IMG/VR virus record: IMGVR_UViG_3300025133_000066
Location: 14,291-78,290 of that record
DNA from: a virus
Direction: 5' to 3' (one strand)
Length of the DNA stretch: 64,000 bases
Each line of letters starts with the position of its first letter. Position 1 is the stretch's first letter. The notes beneath the pieces are model-generated. The model searched no databases and was not told the origin of the DNA. It saw only the letters and a list, made by a program, of their open reading frames with translations. This document shows positions 23,917 to 36,700 of this stretch, in pieces. The position numbers were made by a program, and so were the translations under genes.

Positions 23917-26877
23917 TTATTCGCGCTCAACAGTTGAATCAAAACTTACATTCAAATCTACTGCTTTTCCTGTTTTTTTAGAAGTTAATCTAATCTTAAA
24001 TGTCTTACCAAAAAGGGGCTCCTCTTTAAGCCCAAGTTTGATATCTCCCCCTTCGGTAAAACTACCTGCTGAAACATCCGGTAAAACTTGTGTAAGTCTG
24101 GGAAGTATATTAAATAGTCTCTTGAAACTTTTTAATGTTTGTTTCGAATCCTTCACGACTTCATAAGATTCTATAAGTGGATATATGGCTCCGCTATTTT
24201 CAACTAATTCAACCTGATAAATCGCTGTTGGGTTTGAAGCGGTTCCCCTTCTGTCAACGGCTCTGAACATATAATAATATTTCTTATTTGGCTCTATATT
24301 ATCCAAAAAGGCGGCGGCAGAAGCGAAATGATTTATACCATATGGCGTCGTTATTATAGAAGTATTCGCATCTTTAAAATCTTCATAACTTTTTGGGGGA
24401 GTTGATAACCTTCTTACTTCAAAAATGGCAGCAAGATTTTCAAACTCATCAGATTTAAATAATATTTTTTGAAAATCGTTCATTTTTCTTGCTTCTCGGA
24501 ATAATGTATAATATTTTTCCTCTTTTTCACTAAAAGTAATCGGTTCTTCTTCGAGACTTCCTTGGCTAGAATTTAAAAATAAAGATAGTTTGCTATCTCT
24601 CCCCTTATAAGTAATAAAATTAATATTCGGAAATAAGGGGGGATTGTCTAATATTGTTCCACGGCTTTCATAATAAGGAATTTGTACAAACTTGAGAGAA
24701 GGCTTGGTTAAAACATTTAATTTATATTCTTTGGGATCTTCCGGATCTATTTTGAGGACGGCCTGGAGGCCTTGAAGCGCCACGAGTGCGTCGTGAAATT
24801 CTTTTATGATTTCCAAAAAAGCTGTTCCGGCTTCACCGAGTATGGACATATTTTGTTCTGTCCAGTCACTCTTCTCCCCCGATACGTCTACTCTTGCAAT
24901 TTCATCCATAGCATCTGCATAACTGTCAAATTTTGTCATAAACCTCGTTTTGTCGGCACCATCGAGGCTTTGATATATCTCGGTGCCGGCGAGGGCCAGG
25001 ATGCCCCCGTATTCAGATGTAGATGCCGGATTAAACAAAGTCCTCAAATTATAATAAGCTTGAAAATAAAGATCCCAACCTGGAGTCACGTCGTGTGAAA
25101 CAGTTGTGACACCTCCCGTTGCTGTTGATCCACCAGCAACCTCTGTTGCTTTAGTTCGGACGAACTCTGGATCTAAATCATAAACATATCCCGGAGATTC
25201 AAATGCATCCTCAGAGCTAATTCCTCGCAGGCTTCTTAATACTCGCTCAAATTTAAATACCTCAGCAATCAGCGGGCCGACTTGATCTCCAAAAGTGTCT
25301 AAAATAGACGGCGGAATGGGTTTTTGTAATCGATATTGGTATTCGGATCCGATCGTCATTTTGTAGGCATAAATTTTGTATTCGTATTTCTTTCCATATT
25401 TTACTTGTGTATCAACATAGTCCAGCCCAAGATAAATGCTTTCTGCTGGAATCCAGAAATTTTGGATTGGTGTTGTAGACCCAAATTCAAATTTAGCTAT
25501 TCTGTAGAACATAACATTTGAAAGATATGGTTTTTTACCGGAGAGGATCTGTGTAAAAGATCGTGTTTCGCTATCTAAAAGATCTTGAATCTCTTTTTTG
25601 ATGTCCGAAAGTCCCACCCTATAAGCTAAGGCGACCGATGTTCCTCTTTTATGAATTTGGCTGACTCTATATTTAAGCTCCGTTGAGCGTCCTCCAGTCA
25701 TATCTAGATATCCCGATTTATCTTCTAAAATATATTTATTTGCATCTTCCTCGGAAATGTCAGGCGCTGCGGATAGGGCTAGAAGCAATATATCTACATC
25801 TATCAGTTTGATATTTTCATCTTTTAGTGCGTAAACTTCCTTGAATTCCTGTTGAGTTTCGTCTAAATATGATGATGCAAGATAAGAATTGGTAAAGGAT
25901 CTTTCCAGAGCCGCATAAGATAACTGAGTTATTGGTGCGTCTTCTGAGAGGCCGATATTTATTGCATCGCAGAAAGCCGTGGTAAAATCATTTTCAAATA
26001 TTGCATCCCGTGCGCGATCAGACTCCGAAGTTCCCGGTGGATTTGAAAACGATATCATATTATAAAATGGAAATACATCCTGATACTGAAATAGGGCTGT
26101 ACTTTCTTTGTAGGATTTTTGAGTTATGAAAAAATCTTTATAATCAGTGGTTCTAGCCTTGGATGGATCTGAAACACTTTTTATTAGGTAATCTCCTATG
26201 GAATATTCAGATTTTAAGGGAGCCGCCTCGGAAGGTCTTTTATAATATTTTGTAACGTCAGTTTCTTGACTTACAACTTGAAAAAAGTTATAAAAATTAT
26301 CAATCTCGGTTTCTTTAACCTCGGCTGAATTTATTGCTCTTTCATATTTTTCTAATCCGTAGTTATAGCGATAATCAACGGTTCCCTCTATGAGACTTAT
26401 ATTATCAACATCTGAAACATATTCTATGGGAGCCGCTATATCGAAATAATAATCATAAAAGACTGTCTTCTCTGCGGGAATTATACTATTTTCTATGAAA
26501 TTTTTAAAAAGAATATCTGGGTTTGGATCATCGGCTGTGGTCTCACTATCGTCTGCGTGATCGCCCGGTAATTTAGCTCTTATTTCGATCGTCTCGATAT
26601 AGGTGGTAAGAAATAATCTGGAAAGACCACCAGGGCCGTGTATATTTTGGCGCGATGGAAGAATTGATTTATATTCGTAATTAACTTGACTCGTAGGTAA
26701 TCCGAACTTGTCACCTATATCCAGACTATATTTTTGTAAAATCCGGAAGGTCTCTTCGCCACTAAATTGAGTGCTCCAATAGTTTTTTAAATCATTTCGA
26801 ATAGGTTCCGTTGAGGAATTGAAATTATCAGTTAAAACAAATGTTTTATTATTAGCAATTGCACCTTCGTCAGCCAT
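23917..26877 (-). CDS. Large hypothetical virion protein with FN3-like segments
   Basis: 986 aa; YVDTQVKYGKKYEYKIYA and FLDNIEPNKKYYYMFRAVD resemble FN3 strands. Confidence 0.6.
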   Translation of the reverse strand: MADEGAIANNKTFVLTDNFNSSTEPIRNDLKNYWSTQFSGEETFRILQKYSLDIGDKFGLPTSQVNYEYKSILPSRQNIHGPGGLSRLFLTTYIETIEIRAKLPGDHADDSETTADDPNPDILFKNFIENSIIPAEKTVFYDYYFDIAAPIEYVSDVDNISLIEGTVDYRYNYGLEKYERAINSAEVKETEIDNFYNFFQVVSQETDVTKYYKRPSEAAPLKSEYSIGDYLIKSVSDPSKARTTDYKDFFITQKSYKESTALFQYQDVFPFYNMISFSNPPGTSESDRARDAIFENDFTTAFCDAINIGLSEDAPITQLSYAALERSFTNSYLASSYLDETQQEFKEVYALKDENIKLIDVDILLLALSAAPDISEEDANKYILEDKSGYLDMTGGRSTELKYRVSQIHKRGTSVALAYRVGLSDIKKEIQDLLDSETRSFTQILSGKKPYLSNVMFYRIAKFEFGSTTPIQNFWIPAESIYLGLDYVDTQVKYGKKYEYKIYAYKMTIGSEYQYRLQKPIPPSILDTFGDQVGPLIAEVFKFERVLRSLRGISSEDAFESPGYVYDLDPEFVRTKATEVAGGSTATGGVTTVSHDVTPGWDLYFQAYYNLRTLFNPASTSEYGGILALAGTEIYQSLDGADKTRFMTKFDSYADAMDEIARVDVSGEKSDWTEQNMSILGEAGTAFLEIIKEFHDALVALQGLQAVLKIDPEDPKEYKLNVLTKPSLKFVQIPYYESRGTILDNPPLFPNINFITYKGRDSKLSLFLNSSQGSLEEEPITFSEKEEKYYTLFREARKMNDFQKILFKSDEFENLAAIFEVRRLSTPPKSYEDFKDANTSIITTPYGINHFASAAAFLDNIEPNKKYYYMFRAVDRRGTASNPTAIYQVELVENSGAIYPLIESYEVVKDSKQTLKSFKRLFNILPRLTQVLPDVSAGSFTEGGDIKLGLKEEPLFGKTFKIRLTSKKTGKAVDLNVSFDSTVERE

Positions 26878-29673
26878 TTAATTTCCTCCCCTTCGATTGG
26901 TAAATCCATCAATTATAAACTGTGGTACATCTATGATACTAAATTCTTCTTCTGGGGTTATATCTCCGGTGGGGTCGGAAATTCCAAGATCGAGACCAGA
27001 GATCTCTGCGGCGCCTGCGAGATTTAAGAGAAAATATCTATCGGGATAATTTCTCTCTTCAAATCCAATGCCAACTTTGAAAGCCTGATCATCGTACAGC
27101 GATAGTTTGCAGAGAAACTTTCCTGCCTGATTTATGTCATTCGTCTTAAACCTTCTAAATAGTGGCATTTTTAAACTTGGTATTCCATTTACATCGTTTC
27201 CAAAGCTATGTAAAATTTCTATTTTAACTAAATTCATATAATTTTCTTTCATCATATAGTAAGTATCTGGATTATCAAAATAATCACCTTCTGTTGCCAA
27301 CCATTTGTTGGTACACTTGTCGGATTTACCGGCAAATAAAGCGCGGATTTGATTTGGCATATTTTTTACTTTTTTTAGTTCTTGAGAGCCGACAGATAAG
27401 GATGTGGCCAATTTGATGTTGAATAAGTTTGCTATAGTAGATTCTATATTATTAAAAAATTCCTTGCTCAAATTCCAATCTTCTTCTTGCTTTAAGATGG
27501 CGTTTATAAATAATCTATATCTATCTCTCGTATCTGTTGGTCCTTCGAATTCACCTTTTATCAACTCCACAGGTTCTGATTCGTAGGAAGTCATTTCAAC
27601 CCCATCTAGACTTGTTGCGTTAGTATAGGTTTCTTCTTTTTTTGGATCCGCTTTAGATTCTAGTTCATAAAAAGATCTTGCTTGAAGTGATATTCCAAGT
27701 TGTTGCATAAAATAAGAAACAGACAAGTCGGGGTCCATAAGCGTACTATGTTTATTTTGATAATGTATATTGTTTAATACTTCATTATTAAATATATTAA
27801 ACTTTGTAAGCTCGACACCACTTATTATTTTGGGAGCCAAATAGGAATAGCGAGTTTGATCAAAATTAAAATATGAATTTCCCAACTCATTGGATGGACC
27901 CGGTGAGGAGAAGAATGTATCCCCATATATTTCAATTGATAAGTCGCGAAATGATTCTGGGCGGTTTTTTATTAATTTTCCAAACTCAAAACCACACCTA
28001 TCGACAAAATCTATCTCGGACATTGAAGAAATTCCAAGGTCATCGTTCGCCGTAATATTAATATAATCATAATTTAAATTTCTTAATTCATCAAAGTTCA
28101 CAATTGTATTAAACTTTGTTTGAAATTCCAAAAAGAATAAATGTGCATTATCTTTTGCATAACCAGTAGATAATGAAAAATTTATTTGAGAAGTTAGAGC
28201 CGATGAACCAATGAAGACAGAGATTTTATTTACAAAATTATCCACATATCTCATTAGTTCTAGGGTGGTTTTTTCATAAACTAAAAGATTTAGGAACTCA
28301 TATCGTAATTCAGGTGTTACATCAATATTAGAATTTAGTGTACTTAAGATATCCACCAGAGTATTGATGGCGGCGATGTTTTGGCTGATCAGGGCAACTT
28401 CGGCGGCGGGTGTGTCAATAAAGGTGAAGTCGGTGGAACCACTCTTTGCACTTAAATTTATATATTTTACTAGATAATAATTTTTAAAGGTATTTTGTGC
28501 ATCGACAAGTTTTTCTAATGAGTTCAATAACCACAATAAAATACCATCTTCCATCTTTAACCCGACAAAATATGCATATTTACCATCGTTGGCTGTATCA
28601 TAATCATTAAAAGCGATCACCTTGTAATATTTTTCAGGAAATCCCAGACTTATTTCTCCAATTCTTGACATTGGAAGATTTGAAGTGCTAAAGGTCCTCG
28701 TGGCATCTTGTATTTTGTTGTTATTCTCGAACGTTTCAATGAGAAGCTCTTTTATCTCGTTTTTAGAGGCTGCTATCGTGTTGTTTTTAAAATCTCTTGT
28801 GTTCTTTTGTTTTTGCCTATAGATTCGAATACTATTTAAGCATGAACTTGACATAATTTCATCTTTGATTTTTGGCTTTATTTTAGGATTACTTAATATC
28901 TTGCCAAATGTGCTGTTATCTCTCAAAAAATTTAATTTATCAAAAACAAACATCGACTTAATTTCATTTTTCTTGCCATAAGAGGGCATAAGGTCAGAAA
29001 TATTAGCCTTTTTAATAGGCTTTTCACGAAACAAGTTGAAATTGAACAAATTATTGTAATAATTTTGCCTCAAATCTTCAATGCTTGATTTTTTTGGCGC
29101 CAGAGATCCCTTTTCTATGACTGTCTGGGAGATCGCAATATCATATTCTCTGCTTGAGAATGTTGCTGCCGATGCTTGGTCAAATCCACGCCTCTCTACC
29201 TCTCCCTGCTCTCCTAAAATTGATTCCAAATACGGCAAAACAATAATTTGTAAATTTTCACTCTTATTTAATGTTGTTTTAAATAAGAAAGGATATTTTA
29301 TTACTGTACCCGACCTTAAGTCTTCTTTTTTAATGGTATATAGGCTTGGATTTAGTTTATTAGCACCTATAAATGTTTGATATTCTAATTTTCTTGTCTG
29401 AATTATAAAATGGTCTGGTGGTTTTTCGACCGACGAGATAAAATCGGCGGCGCTCGTGGATATTGGGTCTCCATAATTATATATCACCTTAACATACAGC
29501 GGGAGGCCCAAAGATAGATCCAAATCTGGTATCAATTTATTTTCCTCTGCTATGAGTCTGGTGTTGATGGAAATATTCACGCCTATGGCATATTCTTCTT
29601 CGGTAGAATCAGAAGATGTTACATTGGTAATGGATGTTTTATCAATTTTTAATGCACCGTTAAGAAACCCCAT
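26878..29673 (-). CDS. Large hypothetical protein in the baseplate/tail block
   Basis: 931-aa ORF coupled to both neighbours. Confidence 0.65.
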   Translation of the reverse strand: MGFLNGALKIDKTSITNVTSSDSTEEEYAIGVNISINTRLIAEENKLIPDLDLSLGLPLYVKVIYNYGDPISTSAADFISSVEKPPDHFIIQTRKLEYQTFIGANKLNPSLYTIKKEDLRSGTVIKYPFLFKTTLNKSENLQIIVLPYLESILGEQGEVERRGFDQASAATFSSREYDIAISQTVIEKGSLAPKKSSIEDLRQNYYNNLFNFNLFREKPIKKANISDLMPSYGKKNEIKSMFVFDKLNFLRDNSTFGKILSNPKIKPKIKDEIMSSSCLNSIRIYRQKQKNTRDFKNNTIAASKNEIKELLIETFENNNKIQDATRTFSTSNLPMSRIGEISLGFPEKYYKVIAFNDYDTANDGKYAYFVGLKMEDGILLWLLNSLEKLVDAQNTFKNYYLVKYINLSAKSGSTDFTFIDTPAAEVALISQNIAAINTLVDILSTLNSNIDVTPELRYEFLNLLVYEKTTLELMRYVDNFVNKISVFIGSSALTSQINFSLSTGYAKDNAHLFFLEFQTKFNTIVNFDELRNLNYDYINITANDDLGISSMSEIDFVDRCGFEFGKLIKNRPESFRDLSIEIYGDTFFSSPGPSNELGNSYFNFDQTRYSYLAPKIISGVELTKFNIFNNEVLNNIHYQNKHSTLMDPDLSVSYFMQQLGISLQARSFYELESKADPKKEETYTNATSLDGVEMTSYESEPVELIKGEFEGPTDTRDRYRLFINAILKQEEDWNLSKEFFNNIESTIANLFNIKLATSLSVGSQELKKVKNMPNQIRALFAGKSDKCTNKWLATEGDYFDNPDTYYMMKENYMNLVKIEILHSFGNDVNGIPSLKMPLFRRFKTNDINQAGKFLCKLSLYDDQAFKVGIGFEERNYPDRYFLLNLAGAAEISGLDLGISDPTGDITPEEEFSIIDVPQFIIDGFTNRRGGN

Positions 29674-30710
29674 CAGCTACAGTCCTCCACATCAGCAGAA
29701 GTTACATTTGTGCCGTAAATATCTGCAACTGCCTTTATTACATTAGGTGCGCGATCAGATGAGTAGCCGTTATCAGTATAAAATCCTTTTGATTTGATTT
29801 CGCTGATAGAATTTGCTATTATTTCTTTATCGATGTTAGAGTCGCAATATATATCGAAGTAATATTCAACATTTGTCGTCTCTAAGATAATTTCTTCGTC
29901 ATCCTCCGCGTCATCCTCGTCAAGCAAAATATTATTGACAATTTTCTGCTTTTTCTGTTTTTTAGCAAAAGTCAAAGGAATCAACTCTTCTTCTCCGCTG
30001 TCGCTAGAATCTATTTTAAAAACTTCAATATCAAAGTTCTCCATTTTAAAATTAGTATTTTCTTCTAAAATATCAGCTAAAATATAATCATTTTTTATGA
30101 ATAAAAAACTACCATCATCTGCAAGTTGTGATGTGATATAGGAATCGGCTAATTCAGCTACCTGATTCTCATCGGTGGGGCTCAAATTATCATCAAAATC
30201 CATAGGCAAACCATCTCCAGACGTAAAAAGAGATTCTTGAACATATATTTTATAATTTACCGATGCACTCAATTGAGGAATTATTTTTTTACCAAATTTA
30301 GTCTCATAAGTCAAATCATAAGAATCTACGCCCCCCTTCAAGAACTTCATCACAATTGCTGGATATTTATCATTGGATATCTGAGATGTTCCCAAGTCTC
30401 GACTTAAAGAATCCCTCTTAGATGGAGCGGTGGGAACTATTTTATCTCCTCCTCCAAAATCAACTTCAATTCCTTCTTGAAATTTTCCTGTAAACTTGTA
30501 TTGAGTTTGTAATTGGGGAGTTGTGCTCCTTATTCTATTGTCAATTTCATTTTGATTTTCGGTTGTGCCGCCATATTGAGAGTCATAAAGCATATTATCA
30601 TCAAAAAATGCATAGTAAGCTGGTCTAAATTTACCCTTCGAAAGTAAATATTTACCATATGGAGTTAATTCGATGTCCAAGACTTCTTCTTTTTTATTCA
30701 TAAAAAGCAT
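29673..30710 (-). CDS. Virion structural protein; N-terminus similar to 22903..23832
   Basis: VLDIELTPYGKYLLSKGKFRPAYYAFFDDNMLYD. Confidence 0.65.
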   Translation of the reverse strand: MLFMNKKEEVLDIELTPYGKYLLSKGKFRPAYYAFFDDNMLYDSQYGGTTENQNEIDNRIRSTTPQLQTQYKFTGKFQEGIEVDFGGGDKIVPTAPSKRDSLSRDLGTSQISNDKYPAIVMKFLKGGVDSYDLTYETKFGKKIIPQLSASVNYKIYVQESLFTSGDGLPMDFDDNLSPTDENQVAELADSYITSQLADDGSFLFIKNDYILADILEENTNFKMENFDIEVFKIDSSDSGEEELIPLTFAKKQKKQKIVNNILLDEDDAEDDEEIILETTNVEYYFDIYCDSNIDKEIIANSISEIKSKGFYTDNGYSSDRAPNVIKAVADIYGTNVTSADVEDCS

Positions 30711-30715
30711 TTATT

Positions 30716-33700
30716 TTAATCCTCCTCCGATGGTGGTATTGTCGGAGTGAAGCCCGAACTAGGACCAATGTCTCTTTTCTGTATATCTATATTTGCTACC
30801 ACTCCCGCTTGTACGGCAGCGGCGGAGTTCTTATTCTGCGCGGCGGATGAGGCATTTGCTTGGCCAACATCTGTGTTTAAGTCTGGTGGGAGGCCAGTGG
30901 TGGAAACCGGTGCTGTTTTTGCGAGTGCTGCCAAACCATCATCTCCATAAGAAACAGTTGCATCTATTTTGGCAAATTCAACCATTGAGAAATAATCATA
31001 AGGCCAGTTGTAGCCGAATACCAATTGATCTTCCGCAGATAACGCCGATGTTTTTTTGGTAGATTCGGCAAGATTATCATAATAATTAGTTTCCGCTCTC
31101 TGTTTTACTTTGAATACCATCCACCGTACTTCATCTTGTAAATCCTTCAACATTTGTTTATTTTTTAAAAGAGGATGAGATATTGTTGCAGTTGATTCTT
31201 TAAATTGAGTTCCAAATTTCGGAGCAATGTTTTGCCATATATAAGATAGATCATTTTTATCGAATGTGTGTTCAAATTCAAAAATATACATTGCGACAGG
31301 CTTTGCGCTTAAGTTTCTAATAAAATCAAATTCAGGCGGGAAAACATATTTATTTTTAATTTTATCTGCCATTTGAAGAACATCTTCATCCACCAGCATT
31401 TTATCAGAAAGATCTTGAGAAATCCCCGAAACATATTCTGCCCAACTTATATTTGCAAAAGGAAGAGAGGGAAAACGATCTTCGATGGGCGCTGACGACC
31501 ATGCTATTGAATAAACATCATTTGTTGGAAGTTCGAAAAACGACCTCCTAGCAAGATTTCCAATTTTAATTTTTTTAGCTGTCTTTTTGATGTTTACCAC
31601 AAAAGGAACAGCCACAATAGCTTCGTAAACCGTTCTTGAATCTGAGAGTTGCCCAAGTTTCTTGGTGTTTTTTGCCTGTCTTACCGGACGTCCTGGATTT
31701 TGTTTTGGAATAAATCCGAGGTTCTGCGCCAAAGACTTTACATCGCCGCCATTATAAAAGGCCGTTATATCGGAATCGTCGGCGCGAGTCTCTAACCAAC
31801 TTCGGTCGATATCGGCAACTTCAAGAAAAATTCCCTTATTTTCTTCCGGAATTAATCCAAATTGATGCCACATACCAATGGGAGTTGTAGTAATTCCTCC
31901 ATATCCTTCCCACGGCTCTTCTGCACCTGTACCCGTTGTCGGAGTTGCAATAACATCAAAGTTTAATGGTCTCTCTGTGGTGTCTCCGAAATTCATTATT
32001 GGTGTTTCAAATTTAGTTTGAATTGTCCACCTGAGAACATTTGTTGACGGATCCGCATCTGATGGGACATACTCTTTTTGAAATATGTTTAAAGAGGAGC
32101 TTAATTGCATCGCAAAGCCGTTGACATTATCTTTGTACATTGGATATCCAGTTCCCGAGCCCGTGCTTGGCCAAGATTCAATGCTTGGGATGACCATCGA
32201 ATCGAGATTCTTTTTATCGATTCTCCAATATTTTAAAGCGGCATCATTAAATATTTGATCTAGAGTGGGGGTGCCATCGGCAGACGCTTCATATATAATA
32301 TCTAGCCAAGCTTCTCCATTATAATAGGGGGGAGTGTGAGAGGGGTAATATCCTTGTGTTGCATCAGCAAGAGAATAATTATTGGGGCCCGTATTTACAG
32401 TGGCTCCTGTATTCCTGTCTACATTTGGGGCGCCGGCTACCGGTGGCCCAAAAGCAGATGGTCTGGAATACATAGTCATAGTCTCAAAGTTATCGTTGTT
32501 AAAAAATAAGTCCTGAGGATATGGATGTTGATTCCCGGCACCGCCACCGAAACCGCGATTACCTACCGTCGATCTATACATTTTAATTCTCATCCCGTAA
32601 AACGAGCCAGATTTCAATGGAATAAAATTATCTTCTGATACAGATGAGATAGAACTTAGGGATTCATTTTTTAAGAAGAATTTAGGTACCTCACCCAAGA
32701 AATTGTTTATCATTAGTTTGTAAGGGTTTCTTGGATCTGTTGGGGCGTTCCTTATTTCTGTCCAAAACTTGCCAGTATTGGCGGAGGAACTAGCACTCGC
32801 AGATGGGTGGGGCTCCATATCATATATCTTAATATCAAAATCATCAAACGATTCTGGCTCCAACAGTGCCTCAAACGGCACCCTATAATCCCACGCATCG
32901 CCTCCTCCGGGCCCAGAGCCGACACCAACTAAATAATAGTCACTATCATCAGTTGTGGAGCCGACTCCTCCCGAGTTTGCAATTCTGACCGGCGTCCAAT
33001 CATCTGTATAAATTGGATAATCAACTGCCACCCCGGATTTGATGGTATTAAACATCACTCCTGGTGCAAACATTGTTGCCAGAATGGGCCTATATTTTAA
33101 AATATCCACATCTGCGGGTAGGCCATACTTGTCATCGGGAACAATTGCGGACTCGTCTAAAAATGAAGTTTTAAATTCTTTAGCGATTTCCAAAGTTCTT
33201 TCGACAGGATAAAAGCCGTCATAAGGAATAAATTTCATTAATGCTTTGCAAGAAAGAGTTAGATTCTTTGGCAAGCCCGTAAATTGATCGTGCTCATCGG
33301 AAATAACTTCAAAATATTCCATAAAATCTGAGAAAGAATAAATTTTGTAAAAATCGGGTTCGGAGCTATTCTGTGGGGTGTTATCTGATGTTTGGATAGC
33401 ATATGAGGCGCCATTTCCATCTATGGTGGTATATAAGACTGTTTGAATATTGTCCTCATTGACTCCAAAAATTGAAAATGACGCGGAGTTATTTGAATTA
33501 AAACCGTCTGATATATATTTTTGAATATGATCGCTTATTCTAAATTCTGGGATTAAGGACATATCTTTGTTTTTTAATCTCATATTAAGATTGTATAATT
33601 CATATTTATCATAAAATGGTGTTGATGGAGAAGAAACAAAAGATCCGTCTTCAACATAACCAGCCAATGTGTGGGCTTCAAATTTAGCATTTCCCCCAAA

Positions 33701-36700
33701 GATAGAAAGATGACCCAAGGAATTAAATAATGAAACACTTGGCCAGTTATTTCCCGTTATTTCATTAGCCATCAAATAATTAGAAGATGTTGCAACAGCC
33801 CTCAAAGATGCTGGGCCCGAGCGATTCAACGAGGAGTGTATGCTTCCCAGCGTATGTTTTCTAGCATAAGTCGGAGAAGGCTTTAGATCTGCTTGAAGCC
33901 CGGTAACGGCCTGATTGAATAACCTAAAAGCAAATGTATAGTCATTTTGAAGCTCTCCTGCGGCGCCAATAGATGCACTTTCGGCTATATATGTCGAAAG
34001 GCCTGTTCCAAATTGCTCGGCAGTGTCAATGGACCAAGCGCTTTGGGAAACCACAAATCCTTGTGAATTTTCTCCTCCTCCGAATTTAGATTCGCCAAGA
34101 GTTGTTCTATCTAATCTGGAATCTCTCCAAAAAGTATTTTGATATCCAACCCTTGCTCTATTTCTGGTGCTGTAACAATTAATGGCTGCTGGGTATATTT
34201 GTTCTCCATAGGCAAAATAATCAATTCCCTGTATAGGATTATTTATATTAAGCAGGGCGCCATTTGTATACAAAGATAGAATGCGTTCATAGGAGGTCGT
34301 AACATTGTCATTTGTTATGTTTAGATCTGTCGAAATCGCGCGATTAGCAAAAAATGTTTTTTCACTTCCGTAGGAACTATTGATTTTTATGGTTGCTAAA
34401 GAAGGGGTATAGGGCCCCGAGGTTAAGTTTGGAGTTGCCGTTGTTAATATATGTCTTAGTGGCTTGTATTTGGAAATAATAGGAGGATCTTCTCTCAATT
34501 TAAAGCTGTCATTTTCCAAATTATATGCAGTTATATTCGAGCTATTCCACTTTTTAACCAACGGATTTTCGTTTCCTCGAATTTGTTTCCACGAAGGATG
34601 TTGATAGGGGCCATTGCGCTTTAATAATATAGCATTTAATAGTGCAGCAGGGCCGGCATCATAATCAAATGCATCTTGATTAGTAAACCCATCTGGAATT
34701 AGAGCGGAATTCACATAATCTGAAATATTTGCAGCCGAGGGCCCATATCCTATGAAAGAATTTGAATATTCCAAAGGCTCGTAAACATTATAATTAAGCC
34801 AATTATAAACCGTTGGAATATAGTAGCTCGAAGTAAAAGAATAAGAGCCGCCTGTACCCAATACGGGCAACGAATTTTTATCAAAGCCAAAGACATAAAA
34901 ATTCTGTGCTGGTGGACCTGCAAAGGGGTTTTTTTGATAATGTATTGATACATAATCACTCGCAGAAGAGAATGTCACCAAATCCCCCTCTCCGCTATAA
35001 GGAAGATACCCAAATGTATCATAGGAAATAGCCGAAGCTGTTATCCAAGCATACTGTAAATCTGTTCTTGGGATTGGATGTTGGACATAAAAGTTGTCAT
35101 AGACCGATGCTGTAACCGTTGTTGCTCCAGAATCCTTCATTTGTTTGATCGGGTTGCGATTAACCTGATATATACTGCCGGTTCCGTCATAATTTAATGA
35201 ATTAACTGAAGAAGAGCCAACACCGATGTTAAATGTATCGGCATAATACCCAAATTGGTTTACATGCGATGCCAGCAAAAGCCTATAAGGATCTCTTACG
35301 GCGAAATTTCTGTAATTAATATCATTATACACCGAAAATTCAGCAGCCTCTGGGTCCAAACCAGGACCGCCATCAGAATCGCCTGCTGTGGACGCGTCTC
35401 CCGGACAAGAAAACCGATTCACAAAGACCCATGCTGATCTTCCTCTTTGTAGTTTTACATAATCATCCAATCCGGCGACAAAAGGAGATGGAATTTCTGA
35501 AGCTTCGAAGCCTCCCGCTTTTACAAAGGCAGAATTGTTCTCGGTTCTTCCACAAGTTTGGACAATTTGATAATCTTGACTATAGTTTCCAAGCTCTCCT
35601 GTGGTCATGTTATCTTTGATATTCTTAATATTGAGAGATCTTTTTGCTACCAAATCTCGATAAAACACGGCTCGGGGCGAATTCACAGGCTGATGTACAA
35701 ATTTCATCGCTGTTGGGCCGGTCTGAAATTCTAATGCCCATGCTTCTGGTCGGTCTGTGACAGTATCCGTACCCTGATTAAGAGGAATATGTCTGTGTTG
35801 GTTTCCGCCAACCCACTTCTCAGTAAATGGGCCCTGTAACGGCACCTCATAATCTTCATATGAATCAATATGCAGGTTATTTACTCCAAATCCTGGTTTG
35901 AAGTCTGTATTTATCTTGCTATTGTACCCCGTCGTAACGGATGAACTAACTGGGACGAATGGGGCTAGGAAATCACCTTCACCAGTCGCATAGCCAGATT
36001 CATCAGCCGTATTTGTAGCCTCAAAAGAAAATTTCTTCTTTAAATGAGGATCTAAAACATCGTTACAGTCTTTAAGTCCCTTTACCTGAGATTCTCGGAT
36101 GATGACTCCGGAAGAATTTCCAAATTGGATAGCACTTTTTACATTCGTTCTGATATTATTATTATTCGAAGTTAGGCCGCCGTGGATATCATTAGATCTT
36201 ATAATATTTAATTTAAGGGGTGTAGAAAGTTTTCTATTCAAAGCTGAAAGTGTGACTGATAGGATTTGTTCTTTATCGGCATCAACTCCTGCATCGCCAG
36301 TAGCTAATGGTGCTTTATTTCTCTCTGCTTTTTCTTTCCACCAAAAACATGACTCATTTTGAGCATCAGAAACTGGGTGGTGTCCATATTCCCAGTTATA
36401 TAACATCTCGTTGATTCCGCGCGCGGCGGCTTCAGGATCATCTTGCTTTAAATCAACAGTTGGATATTTATTCCAATATTTATTTCGCTCTAAAATGTGA
36501 CTTTCGACAACGGTTCTTATTCCATCCTGCTTAACAACACTGGCAGGGAACAAATCCATTATCATTTGGCCCAAAGAGCTATCAATCCACTTATAATACT
36601 CGATATATCTCTCTATATCGGGCTCATTTTGAACTTTTTCAAAAAATAAATGTCTTAATTTTTGGAGATCTTTATATTCTTGACGATATCTGTTAACCGG

